Part shown: positions 27,277 through 36,900 of the stretch, piece by piece
How the letters are laid out: every line of letters begins with the position of its first letter
How positions within the stretch are numbered: the first letter of the stretch is position 1
Assembly: GCA_965644265.1 (NCBI GenBank)
Contig: OZ286466.1
Span: 22,134,001-22,198,000, forward strand
DNA length: 64,000 bases
Direction: 5' to 3'
From: Glycera tridactyla
Taxonomy: Eukaryota
The notes under the pieces: generated by a model
The model's input: only the letters and a program-made list of their open reading frames with translations
Database searches by the model: none
Told to the model about the DNA's origin: nothing
Program-made: the position numbers and the translations under genes

Positions 27277-28142
27277 ATACAGTGACGAGGCAGCAGGACT
27301 CTCTTCTCTTTGTGCGACCGAAGGAAGATTTGAAACATCAGTTTCAAACGCACCTTTATATTGACCAGAGACGCTTATAAGTTGCTAGGGGTGATTTGCT
27401 AGGCAACAGGCATCACAACTCGGCGTCGTGCCTCGTTTTCCAGCCTCCTCTTCCAAATAAGGCAAATCAGATCAGACTCACTCTAAGACTTGGAACAAGA
27501 AATGTCTTTAACAAAATTCTTGCTTCAAAGTCGGTGGTCCCCCCTTAAAGGCATAAAATCGTGTGATATTGGAATGTTATCACTTCTTTCATGCTAAATG
27601 TCGCCAAACATTCTGTTTTGGCTTGCCATCCCCTTCGGTTTCGAAGTCAAAGCTTCTCATCAGGCACGGTAGATCCCAAGCCTTCGGTCCCCATTTCTGG
27701 GTCTAAAAACCTCCCTGTAATGGTTTATATTAACCGGTTGGTTGCCCAGGCTTGGCCCAGGGTCCCTGGTTTTTACCCGGGGGTGGTCACACCCCGGATT
27801 ATGGGAGGCGGTCCAATGTGTGGGCCTTCAGTGGGTTCAGAATGACGAACGTCATTCTCCTGTCATTTAAAGGGTCAAGATTACCCTCCCACTTATTTTT
27901 AACATTAAGACCTAATGTTAAATCAATCTAAGCGTCTGTCAATACTGACTCTGGTCCCGGTGCATGGTCAGATGGCCTTTACCATGATGATTGTTCATCA
28001 TGTAGATCCCCATTCCCTCTCCGGAAATGATAATTAAATATGAAGTGACGAGGCAGCCTTCAAGGGTTTGGGGTTCTAACTGTCACCCTCATGATGGGGG
28101 TGTCTCAATATACCCACTTTCTACTAGGGACGTCCCTTCTTG
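27275..28142 (-). repeat. Pseudo-LTR, 5' copy (868 bp)
   Basis: Matches 20843-21710; identity ends after ...GTCCCTTCTTG at 28142. Confidence 0.95.
27312..27667 (-). ncRNA. Discontinuous type I hammerhead ribozyme candidate (5' pLTR copy)
   Basis: Same sequence as 20880-21235 shifted by +6432; predicted cut between 27316 and 27315, 39 nt upstream of the first ORF1 ATG (27276). Confidence 0.8.
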
Positions 28143-28277
28143 AACAAGGGACTCACAAATCACCCCTAGCAACTTATAAGCGTCTCTGGTCAATATAAAG
28201 GTGCGTTTGAAACTGATGTTTCAAATCTTCCTTCGGTCGCACAAAGAGAAGAGAGTCCTGCTGCCTCGTCACTGTAT

Positions 28278-31166
28278 ATGAAGAAAATTTCAGGACTCTT
28301 CGAACTGAAGATGGCCACAAATGAAAAACCCACCTCATCGAAAGATGCTGCACCAGCGGAGGACGCTGATGAAAGAATGGAGACCGCATCCAACGAAGAT
28401 GGTGAAATTTCCGATGAAAAGACGCCAGCTGGAGATGTGGACTCAGGGAAAGATGAAAGCACCGATAAAGGTGTAAGTAATCCAGATTTATTGTCTTCTA
28501 CTGCTTCTCCTGACTCGATGTTGGGAAATTCGGTGGTTTTAGTAGACCGCGAAGACGAAAATGCAAGCAAAACATTGGAAATCGCCCATGACGCGCCATT
28601 GTTTGCTACCTTTGGGAAACCGCGTCGTGAAACGCGTCGTGAGAGATATAGTGAAAGAGATACAATTCGAGTTGAGATCTCTAACACGAAAAAGGATTCG
28701 AGATCCATTACCATAGTTGATCCCAAATCACCTTCAAATATGTCACCTGTAGATGTCTTTGTGGATATTGATTCTCCAAAAGGCTCCTTAAAAAACAAAC
28801 CAAAAACGATTGACTCTAATGAAGTCCAACCTTTGGAATATGAGGTACCCACGTCATGCGATGTAGGGATGAAAAAGGTCAATTACCTCCAGAAAATAAA
28901 GGGAATGGATAAAAATACATCCATATCCGAAAATAACACAGCTACACGTGACATAAATGAAAGAGACCCAAAATCACCTACTCTGTCAGTTACTATAAAT
29001 CCCACAACGTCGGTGGGACGTCGGGTGACTTTCAGCAGTAAGGAAACCCAAAAACTACCTGAAAATGACACAGGAATTTCAGCGTTAGTTTATGATGTAC
29101 ACTGTTCATTTGACGGAAAGAAACCACGTATTTATGAACAGAAAGAGAGCGCAATGGTCAGTGTGTTGAATGAAATACCGGGTGCGTGTACTGCGTATGA
29201 CATTCAGACCCACGCTGGGTCAAATGACACGGAAATTTATTTGAATGCGCCATTTGACTCACCCGATCTATGGCCAGATGCATCTCCGAGTAGCATTGGG
29301 ATCTGGGATGATCTCCCAACTGTAGGAGCCCCTCGTAGAATCCTAACTGGCAAAAGAAACATCCCAAATGACCAAACTCCTGGAGAAGAAGAGCCACAAA
29401 CGAGCGATGGAAAACAGCGTCGCGAAAATGACACACTGACCCAGAAAATAGCCGCGGACGCGAAAATAGCGCCACTATCGGCAGGCGGATCACCACAGGA
29501 ACTAAATCCGCCTGGTAGATCCACCAGAGGTCCTCCCAAGAAACACAAACCTGAAAGAGGCCAAAGAAAGATCACATCTATCTTTGGATCAAATGTAAGA
29601 CATCCAAAATCCACTGCTGAACAAACGGACAGTCAGATCACGTTAGTCAGTAGTGAGGGTGATCTTAGTCTACAGAGGACCACCTCCAACATCTCATACG
29701 CATCTAGGGTGAAAGGACTAAAATACAGCCCTGAGAATTACAACTCAAACAGCACAATTACTGATCTTATTGTGAACAGTGCTAGTAAGGGGATGTCCAA
29801 TTTCCTAGACAGTCTTGATGATTTTGATACAGTGAAGAAAGTGACCCCCAGTATCTCGGTAGCTGAGGGAAAACAGCCTCGGTGCTATATTGAGACTGGC
29901 AATGAGAATACACGATCAGCACCAGACATACGAGAGACGGAGCTAAGCTCACAACGCTCGTGTACTCTGGAAATTTTAAAGTCCTTAGAGGAAGACCCAG
30001 AGATGAGTTCCCAGGACCCTCCTTTATCTCGAAGTGATAAACAGAGAAAAAGGAAGAGACAACGTAGATTCGATAACAGGGACACTATTTCTAGTGAAGA
30101 GAGTGTCCATAGTGTCAGAATCGAGATATCCAATAGCCAGACAAGAGATTTAGAAAAGAGAGAGGGTAATGAGAGGGAGAATGCACCCCCCATTGTTAAC
30201 CCAAATAACAAATCTTCTGTTTGGTTGCAGGATGTGGACGATGGATGGGACTACGAAGCAGTACTGGAAGAGGATATTACTGTCCCCCATGTGGCTGCGG
30301 ATACATTTAGACGTGCCAGAGGAGCCATGGCAGCAGAAGCGAAAGCAATGACAAGGGCTGCCCATCTGAGAGCCATGGCAGCTGCCGACCGTATTCCAGC
30401 ATGGGCATTGGGCCTTGAAGAGGCCCCTGCATATGTCCCGGCTAACAAAGAAATACATCAAGAGTTCAATGAGCTTGTGAGGGGCCAAGCCCAGGAACGA
30501 ATGCTGTTTGTTGCCACAGCCCTGGAAAAGAAGGCGGCGTTTTTCGAAAAGATTGGCACTGCCAACACAGAAGCCGTTAAACTTCTATACGAGACCGAAA
30601 AATCGGCGGACTTCGAGATATGCAACCGATTGCTGAAGGCCCTCTCAATCCGAGAGAAGGTAAATGCTCGAAAGATACTGGCAAAACTGGAAATAGAAGT
30701 TGGGAAGAACCCAATAACATGCCAGGCAATAGTAGACACTTTACTGGCTCCACAGAACTTGGCAGAGAAACGTGAACCAAAAGCCATCAATTTCAGAGCA
30801 AGAGATGACTCACGTGAGCCAAAAAATGAGGAGATGGAAGTGGAAGAGTCTACCAAGAGGGGATATAAACCGAACTGGAATTCCCAGCGAAGGAATCGTT
30901 CCCCAAATCGCAGACAACCAAACAGATCCCGGAGTCGTTCCCCTGTATCCCCTAAAGGCAAGAAGACCCAGGATTTTCGGGGAGGGTGGCCCAGGAAGGG
31001 GAGGTATGTGCCCGACCGCCCCAGACAGGTGAACCACCCGAGCTACAGGAAAAGACAGGAGGAAAGCAACTCCAAGACCGGACTCAGGCAGGCGGTGGAA
31101 AGCATCATGCTAGACATCGCACAAAAACCAAGGAACCGCCCCCAGAACCGTCAAAATCGGTATTAG
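28278..31166 (+). CDS. ORF1 of the Penelope-like element (962 aa), right copy
   Basis: Inverted copy of 24388-27276; intact. Confidence 0.85.
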   Translation: MKKISGLFELKMATNEKPTSSKDAAPAEDADERMETASNEDGEISDEKTPAGDVDSGKDESTDKGVSNPDLLSSTASPDSMLGNSVVLVDREDENASKTLEIAHDAPLFATFGKPRRETRRERYSERDTIRVEISNTKKDSRSITIVDPKSPSNMSPVDVFVDIDSPKGSLKNKPKTIDSNEVQPLEYEVPTSCDVGMKKVNYLQKIKGMDKNTSISENNTATRDINERDPKSPTLSVTINPTTSVGRRVTFSSKETQKLPENDTGISALVYDVHCSFDGKKPRIYEQKESAMVSVLNEIPGACTAYDIQTHAGSNDTEIYLNAPFDSPDLWPDASPSSIGIWDDLPTVGAPRRILTGKRNIPNDQTPGEEEPQTSDGKQRRENDTLTQKIAADAKIAPLSAGGSPQELNPPGRSTRGPPKKHKPERGQRKITSIFGSNVRHPKSTAEQTDSQITLVSSEGDLSLQRTTSNISYASRVKGLKYSPENYNSNSTITDLIVNSASKGMSNFLDSLDDFDTVKKVTPSISVAEGKQPRCYIETGNENTRSAPDIRETELSSQRSCTLEILKSLEEDPEMSSQDPPLSRSDKQRKRKRQRRFDNRDTISSEESVHSVRIEISNSQTRDLEKREGNERENAPPIVNPNNKSSVWLQDVDDGWDYEAVLEEDITVPHVAADTFRRARGAMAAEAKAMTRAAHLRAMAAADRIPAWALGLEEAPAYVPANKEIHQEFNELVRGQAQERMLFVATALEKKAAFFEKIGTANTEAVKLLYETEKSADFEICNRLLKALSIREKVNARKILAKLEIEVGKNPITCQAIVDTLLAPQNLAEKREPKAINFRARDDSREPKNEEMEVEESTKRGYKPNWNSQRRNRSPNRRQPNRSRSRSPVSPKGKKTQDFRGGWPRKGRYVPDRPRQVNHPSYRKRQEESNSKTGLRQAVESIMLDIAQKPRNRPQNRQNRY

Positions 31167-31177
31167 CTAGTAGCGGT

Positions 31178-33862
31178 ATGAACTGTTCAATGAACAATTC
31201 CAATGAACTGAAAGACGAGTCCATACGCAAAAAATGGACTTTTCTATATAAAAAGAAGAAGGCAGATGTGATACTCCGGCAGCACGAAAATAAAGTTATT
31301 TCAGATTATGCTGACTTGATTGTTTTTACTTTGCATATTGATGATGCTGGAATTTTGAATTTATCTGATCATAACTTATCCGAGTCTCAACGTTCAGTCT
31401 TGAACAAGGGACTCACATTTTGCCCGACGCCGGGCGAACCAGATATGGGTGAACTCAATGATGACTTAGATAGTTTTCATAGAAAATTGAGAAATTATGT
31501 GTATTTTAACAGGGATTCTGAGTCAACATCATTGGTTGAGAAGAAACATGGAAAATCCATGCCTTGTGTTCTGGACTCATCTGTTGCTTCAACAGATGAG
31601 TCCACATGTTCTGTTGCGTCGTCCGCCACACCACATGACACTACAAACACCACACTCTACATAGGGGATGAATATAGCCCTTTTGAACATGGTGGTTTCA
31701 CCCTAAAATCGACTTGGGAACCGAAACAGAACCCCAGGAGTCTGAACTCTTTTACAGACATGAACGAGGTTGCTCTGTCAAAGGTAATATTCAATAAGAA
31801 CAGACCTGAGAATATCAGCCCCGAGGAGAGAAAGGGAATTAAAAAACTCTTTTCTAACACTGATGTAGTGGTGAAAAAGGCTGATAAAGGTTCCAAGATT
31901 GTGATCATGAATCGAGATGATTACATCAAAGAAGGGATGTCACAGTTGGAGAACGAGGACTTCTACAGGAAAATAGATGAAGACCTGACTGAAAAACATA
32001 ACAAGGAGGTTTGTGACTTCCTTGGAAAAATGAAATTGAGGGGTGAGATTTCTTACAAATGTTATCAATACATGTTGAATCATGCACCCAGAACCCCTTC
32101 TTTTTACATGCTGCCAAAAATCCACAAAGGAAAAATACCTCCGCCGGGGAGACCGATTATATCGGCCAACAATTGCCCGACAGAGAAAATATCCAAATTG
32201 GTGGATCATTTTATAAAACCTCTCCTGCCTAAGGTAAAGAGTTACCTTCGTGACACTACAGATTTTATTAACACTCTGGAAAAAATAGGACAGCTACCGA
32301 AGGGGGCCATCCTATTTACTTGTGATGTCACGAGCCTTTATACAAACATCCCACAGAAAGAGGGGGTGGAATGTATTCGGCACCTTTTGGAAGAACATAG
32401 GGATCCTAAAAAGGTCCCCAAAAATGAGTCCCTAATACGCCTCTTGGAGTTAGTACTAACACGAAACAATTTTAGTTTCAATGAGGAACACTACCTACAA
32501 ATAGGAGGTACAGCCATGGGCACACGTGTGGCTCCGAGTCTAGCGAATTTCTTCATGGGAGAATTCGAAGAAAACCATGTATATGGGTATAAAGAACAAC
32601 CCATCATCTGGAGACGTTTTCTAGATGATATCTTCGGAATCTGGACAGAGACCGAAGAGAAATTGGATGACTTCATCGCATACCTCAATGGATGCCATGA
32701 AAAGATCAAATTCACCGCCGAAAAATCAACTTCAGAGATTGTTTTTCTGGACACGACAGTGCATTTGTCAGAAACAGGAGAACTGTGGACGGAGGTATAT
32801 TCAAAACCAACGGATAGCCACAGTTACCTCCACTTTAGCTCTGCCCATCCATTCCACATGAAAAAAAGTTTACCATTTAGTCAGTTTCTCAGAGTAAGAA
32901 GAATATGCTCTAGAGAAGAGGACTACAGGAAACACAGCATGATGATATTTGGACATTTCCTAAGAAGGGGATATCCACTGGAATTGGTGCTGGAATGCTG
33001 GGAAAAAGCAACGGAAAAACCGAGAAAAGAAACGTTGGAGGTAAGAAAGAAGGAAAAGATTTTAGGAGAGACAAAAGACCTCTTCCTAACTTCGACATTT
33101 AATCCCAAAAATGGACAGATCAGGGAGATCGTCGATGAACATTGGGAAGTACTCTCCAGATCTTCTTGCACGAAGGAACTTTCAGAATTGAAGGTTATTT
33201 TCGGGTATAGAAGAGCGCCCAACCTGAAAGACATGCTGGTGAGAGCGAAGCTCCCCAAGGTCAAGGTCACACCCAAGGTTACGACCAAGGTCACACCTGA
33301 GGTCATAACCAAGGTCAAACCCAAGGGGGCGAAGGCCACTTCCGTGGAGGGGGAAGGCACGGGTGGACAAGGGCGCAATGTCTGTACAACCAAAAAATGT
33401 AACCACTGTCCTTTATTGAATAAATCAGGGATGATAGTGAGCAAATACACGGGCCAGAAATATTCATGCAAAATGAATATTACATGCAAAAGCTCAAATT
33501 TAATCTACTGCATTCAATGTCGCACATGCGGCAAACAATATGTGGGCCAAACTAGGACCACTATTATGAAAAGGATGCAAGGTCATATAGACAGGATTAA
33601 AAGGAAGGTGTTAGAAGATGACATTGGCAGGCACTTTAATAGTGAGGGCCATCGAGGCAAAGAAGATGTGGAACTCTTTGTTCTCGATTTCATCTATACA
33701 GATCCCTTGGCGAAATATGCTGAGAATCTGAGACTTTTAATTGAGAAAAACTGGATACACCGGTTGAGAACTCAACGCCCCACTGGTCTAAATACCATGC
33801 TTAAAAGCAAAGACTATGGGGGTAGTAGAAATTGGAGATTCTACAAGAAGGGACGTCCCTAG
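31178..33862 (+). CDS. Penelope-like RT + GIY-YIG endonuclease (ORF2), right copy; frame is open from 30956
   Basis: Same motifs as the left copy. One visible amino-acid difference (LIVFTLH vs LIVSTLH) and one synonymous Cys change near 33000. Confidence 0.96.
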   Translation: MNCSMNNSNELKDESIRKKWTFLYKKKKADVILRQHENKVISDYADLIVFTLHIDDAGILNLSDHNLSESQRSVLNKGLTFCPTPGEPDMGELNDDLDSFHRKLRNYVYFNRDSESTSLVEKKHGKSMPCVLDSSVASTDESTCSVASSATPHDTTNTTLYIGDEYSPFEHGGFTLKSTWEPKQNPRSLNSFTDMNEVALSKVIFNKNRPENISPEERKGIKKLFSNTDVVVKKADKGSKIVIMNRDDYIKEGMSQLENEDFYRKIDEDLTEKHNKEVCDFLGKMKLRGEISYKCYQYMLNHAPRTPSFYMLPKIHKGKIPPPGRPIISANNCPTEKISKLVDHFIKPLLPKVKSYLRDTTDFINTLEKIGQLPKGAILFTCDVTSLYTNIPQKEGVECIRHLLEEHRDPKKVPKNESLIRLLELVLTRNNFSFNEEHYLQIGGTAMGTRVAPSLANFFMGEFEENHVYGYKEQPIIWRRFLDDIFGIWTETEEKLDDFIAYLNGCHEKIKFTAEKSTSEIVFLDTTVHLSETGELWTEVYSKPTDSHSYLHFSSAHPFHMKKSLPFSQFLRVRRICSREEDYRKHSMMIFGHFLRRGYPLELVLECWEKATEKPRKETLEVRKKEKILGETKDLFLTSTFNPKNGQIREIVDEHWEVLSRSSCTKELSELKVIFGYRRAPNLKDMLVRAKLPKVKVTPKVTTKVTPEVITKVKPKGAKATSVEGEGTGGQGRNVCTTKKCNHCPLLNKSGMIVSKYTGQKYSCKMNITCKSSNLIYCIQCRTCGKQYVGQTRTTIMKRMQGHIDRIKRKVLEDDIGRHFNSEGHRGKEDVELFVLDFIYTDPLAKYAENLRLLIEKNWIHRLRTQRPTGLNTMLKSKDYGGSRNWRFYKKGRP

Positions 33863-33944
33863 TAGAAAGTGGGTATATTGAGACACCCCCATCATGAGGG
33901 TGACAGTTAGAACCCCAAACCCTTGAAGGCTGCCTCGTCACTTC

Positions 33945-33966
33945 ATATATATATATATATATATAT
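33945..33966. repeat. (TA)n microsatellite, right half of the retroelement target site
   Basis: Pure AT run directly abutting the right copy's 3' end. Confidence 0.95.
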
Positions 33967-36900
33967 CAACCATTTTGGATATACTAATTTCTCACGCCAA
34001 CTACCATCAATCTATTGAGGCTATAGAGGTACAGACCATCACAATAATGAGCCTCAGTCATTTGTGATAAACATCCCAGATATAGCAGACATTTGAAGTG
34101 AACATTCGCGAATGAATGGGGTACAAGATCTATCATACTTTGAACACTGACCCGTATTTCAGGTAAAGTTCAGGGCTGAAGTCGACCGGATTTCTCTGCA
34201 AAATAGATTGCTTATGCTTCTGGGCTCGAGTTTCATTTTGACGTTATTTGCCAATTCTTTTGCGATGGTTCTTTGAATTTCATACCCCATACTTTTTGCC
34301 AAAGTTGGTACCTATTAAATTGAAGGTGTCAACCAGGTTGTCTGGCCAAAGACAATTGTTCTGGATGTTTGCTGATCCATTCTTGTGGAATTCAAGAATC
34401 TTGTCCATATGCCTACAGAAGGTACCTTTACAAGTCAAGCACATGCTACTCACTCAGACAATCAATCAATCAATTCCACCCTTGGCCAACAGCGGCCATC
34501 GGCGGCTGCATACGTGAGGGTAACATATGTTCCAGAGATACATGCAACCAACGGGTAGTCGCATACTCAAGTATAGATATCGTTCTAAAGCATTCCAAGT
34601 GCAGAGAATCGGTACAAATCCAATGTGATGGCTAAGTATGCTAGCTGATGGCCTAATCAATAAACGTCCTCGACATCTTTTTTCAAGAGATTTTTGTCAC
34701 TATAAACAAGACAATGAGTTTTTAAATGTGCTTCTCATTGTTTTCCATAGGTTTATCCATAGAAAATGTCTGCAGATTACAAGACAGGCTTGTGTAGGTT
34801 GGTAGAGAATTTACTGTATTTTGTCCAAGTATAAGTGGCATTGTAGTCCTCACAATGGTTCTATCCAGGTCTAAATTCTTCTGGCATGTGCAATGTGTAA
34901 ACCGCACCCAGTTCTAAGAGAGACGCAAATACAAATCAAAATCATTACTTGATATTATTAAGATATGCATATTAGCTGCAGGATAATGCGATTTAGCAAG
35001 GATAGATCCTGATACACTCTAGGATACTGGATATAAGCCCACCAAACTTTACAGTGAAGTTGTGATTCAGCCTGCCTAGAGATCATGATTACAGACAATA
35101 AACCAAAAGCAAAGGATTTAGTGATTGTTCCATCAATCGATTGAAAGATTGGATGATTGATTAATTTCAGTTTCAAGACATGTATCAACTTGATTGAATG
35201 TCATGTCTTCGAGATTTTCCAGCGCTGGATGTTCTGTCTGCTGTGAACAACACTCTCACAATCCCTGAACACAAGATGATGAGGCACCAGAAAGGTTGTC
35301 GAGAGGAAGTAATGGTCGGTTCAACCACATCTCTACCCACATCTAAGACAAATACACCAGTTTAAGAGATAGTCATGAAACTATCGGAAGGCTGACACTC
35401 AAATTCAAAGCAATGGTTTACACTGAGCAGAGTACCTGAGACACTGGAATGCTTTAGGTAGAAGCATCTGATGGGTGTCGTGGCTATATTTGGCAGCTTC
35501 CACTCAATGAAAATCAGAGCTATTCGTTGCTTACCACGAAATTGGAAGCATGATTCAAAAGAGGGTCAGCAGAGATTCTGGTTCAATTCACTGTTGTTGC
35601 AAAGGTTGATGTTGATATTGTTCATATCGTGGACCAATACACTGTATCTACTGTGTGCACACTATATACCACATCGTTGTTTTGTTAAATGTGGTCCGTT
35701 GTGTTGGATCATTCTGAAAATAAATGAATATGATCAGGTGATTGACATGTTCTATAAGCATTGTTTCAATTGATGTACTGATTGTCAACAACAATAACAA
35801 GCTGGCTACAATCACAATACAATATTTTGGCAAATGTATCTCATAATCAGGTCTGGATTAGGATATCTTGCTGAACTACCTCAAATATATTCTCTTCTCC
35901 ACACACACTCATCGTGTCCCTTACCCACAATATATATAATCAACCTCAGCAGCAATTTGATATTTTATTCCAAATTCATTCACATTATGAACTGTATGGG
36001 AAATGGTAAGAGCAAAGCCAGTGTGGTTAACTGGCTCTCGGGCATGTCGATGGTTTTTAGGAGGAGTTAGATATTGAACATGGTCACCCAACTCATCTGA
36101 AATCAGATTTCTAAGCTAGTGGCCAGCCGTGTTGGCCCATGTTGGTGATGCTGACGCTAAATTCTCTACAGTTTTGCTATATTGAAAGATGAGTTTCATG
36201 TATAGTGGAACCTGTATTTAGTAACCAAAACGTGTTTACTATTATAGGATATTATTATTGACATTGGAGAAAGCACAATCAAAAGGGGGATACAGATAGA
36301 TACTGATGTGGACATCACCATGCAACTCTCAATTTTTTCCTCAGTCAAAAGGTTTTTAACATAAGTGACGAGAAGGTTGGGCCCTTGGATTTTTGAATGG
36401 AGGAATGATTTTTTCCTTGAATACAAGGCCTTCGTGTCCTCCTACCTTATGAAAAAATCAGCATCCACTTGACTAGAATACAATGGTTGTATGATAATAT
36501 GAGAAAAAACAATTGTTAGGTGAGGATCTAGCATTGAAAATTGGAAGAGGGATACATCATCCTCTATGCCACATTTTCTTGACCAAGCCACGAAAGCCTT
36601 TTGCATCAATTATAGATGGGAGATGTGAAACAATCCATATTATATAATCAATTGTGATAATGATGGTAACGATAATGAAAACAAGATAATATCCTGATGG
36701 GCCAGTAAGACCTCGGTTTCTTTGCACCTGATACATAATGCTAGGAGACTAATATAAAACCCAGTGGGACATATTTTGAGAGCAATTTGCAGATACTATA
36801 CAATACAGCATAATACAGTACGCTTCTACACCATTCATTACAATACGATACACCAAAAACAATATGGATATCGTGCCTCAACCCCTCTGAATAGGGGTAT

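Larger units (their letters stand above)
20843..33948. mobile_element. Penelope-like retroelement (Neptune-type) compound insertion: two head-to-head copies in a (TA)n tract
   Basis: Left copy 20843-28142 on the minus strand, right copy 28156-33948 on the plus strand. Inverted arms 21606-27398 and 28156-33948 (paired coordinates sum to 55554). RT plus C-terminal GIY-YIG, C-x4-C-x2-C linker (CTTKKCNHC), pseudo-LTR, (TA)n on both flanks. Confidence 0.96.

Noticed and set aside
28192-28201. TATA-like AATATAAAGG upstream of ORF1
   Set aside because: A single short AT-rich match with no clear initiator at the expected distance; cannot be supported without TSS data.
22065-33489. Many 60-230 aa ORFs overlapping ORF1 and ORF2 on the opposite strand or in other frames
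   Set aside because: Shadow ORFs of the long coding frames; their mirror symmetry merely reflects the inverted repeat.
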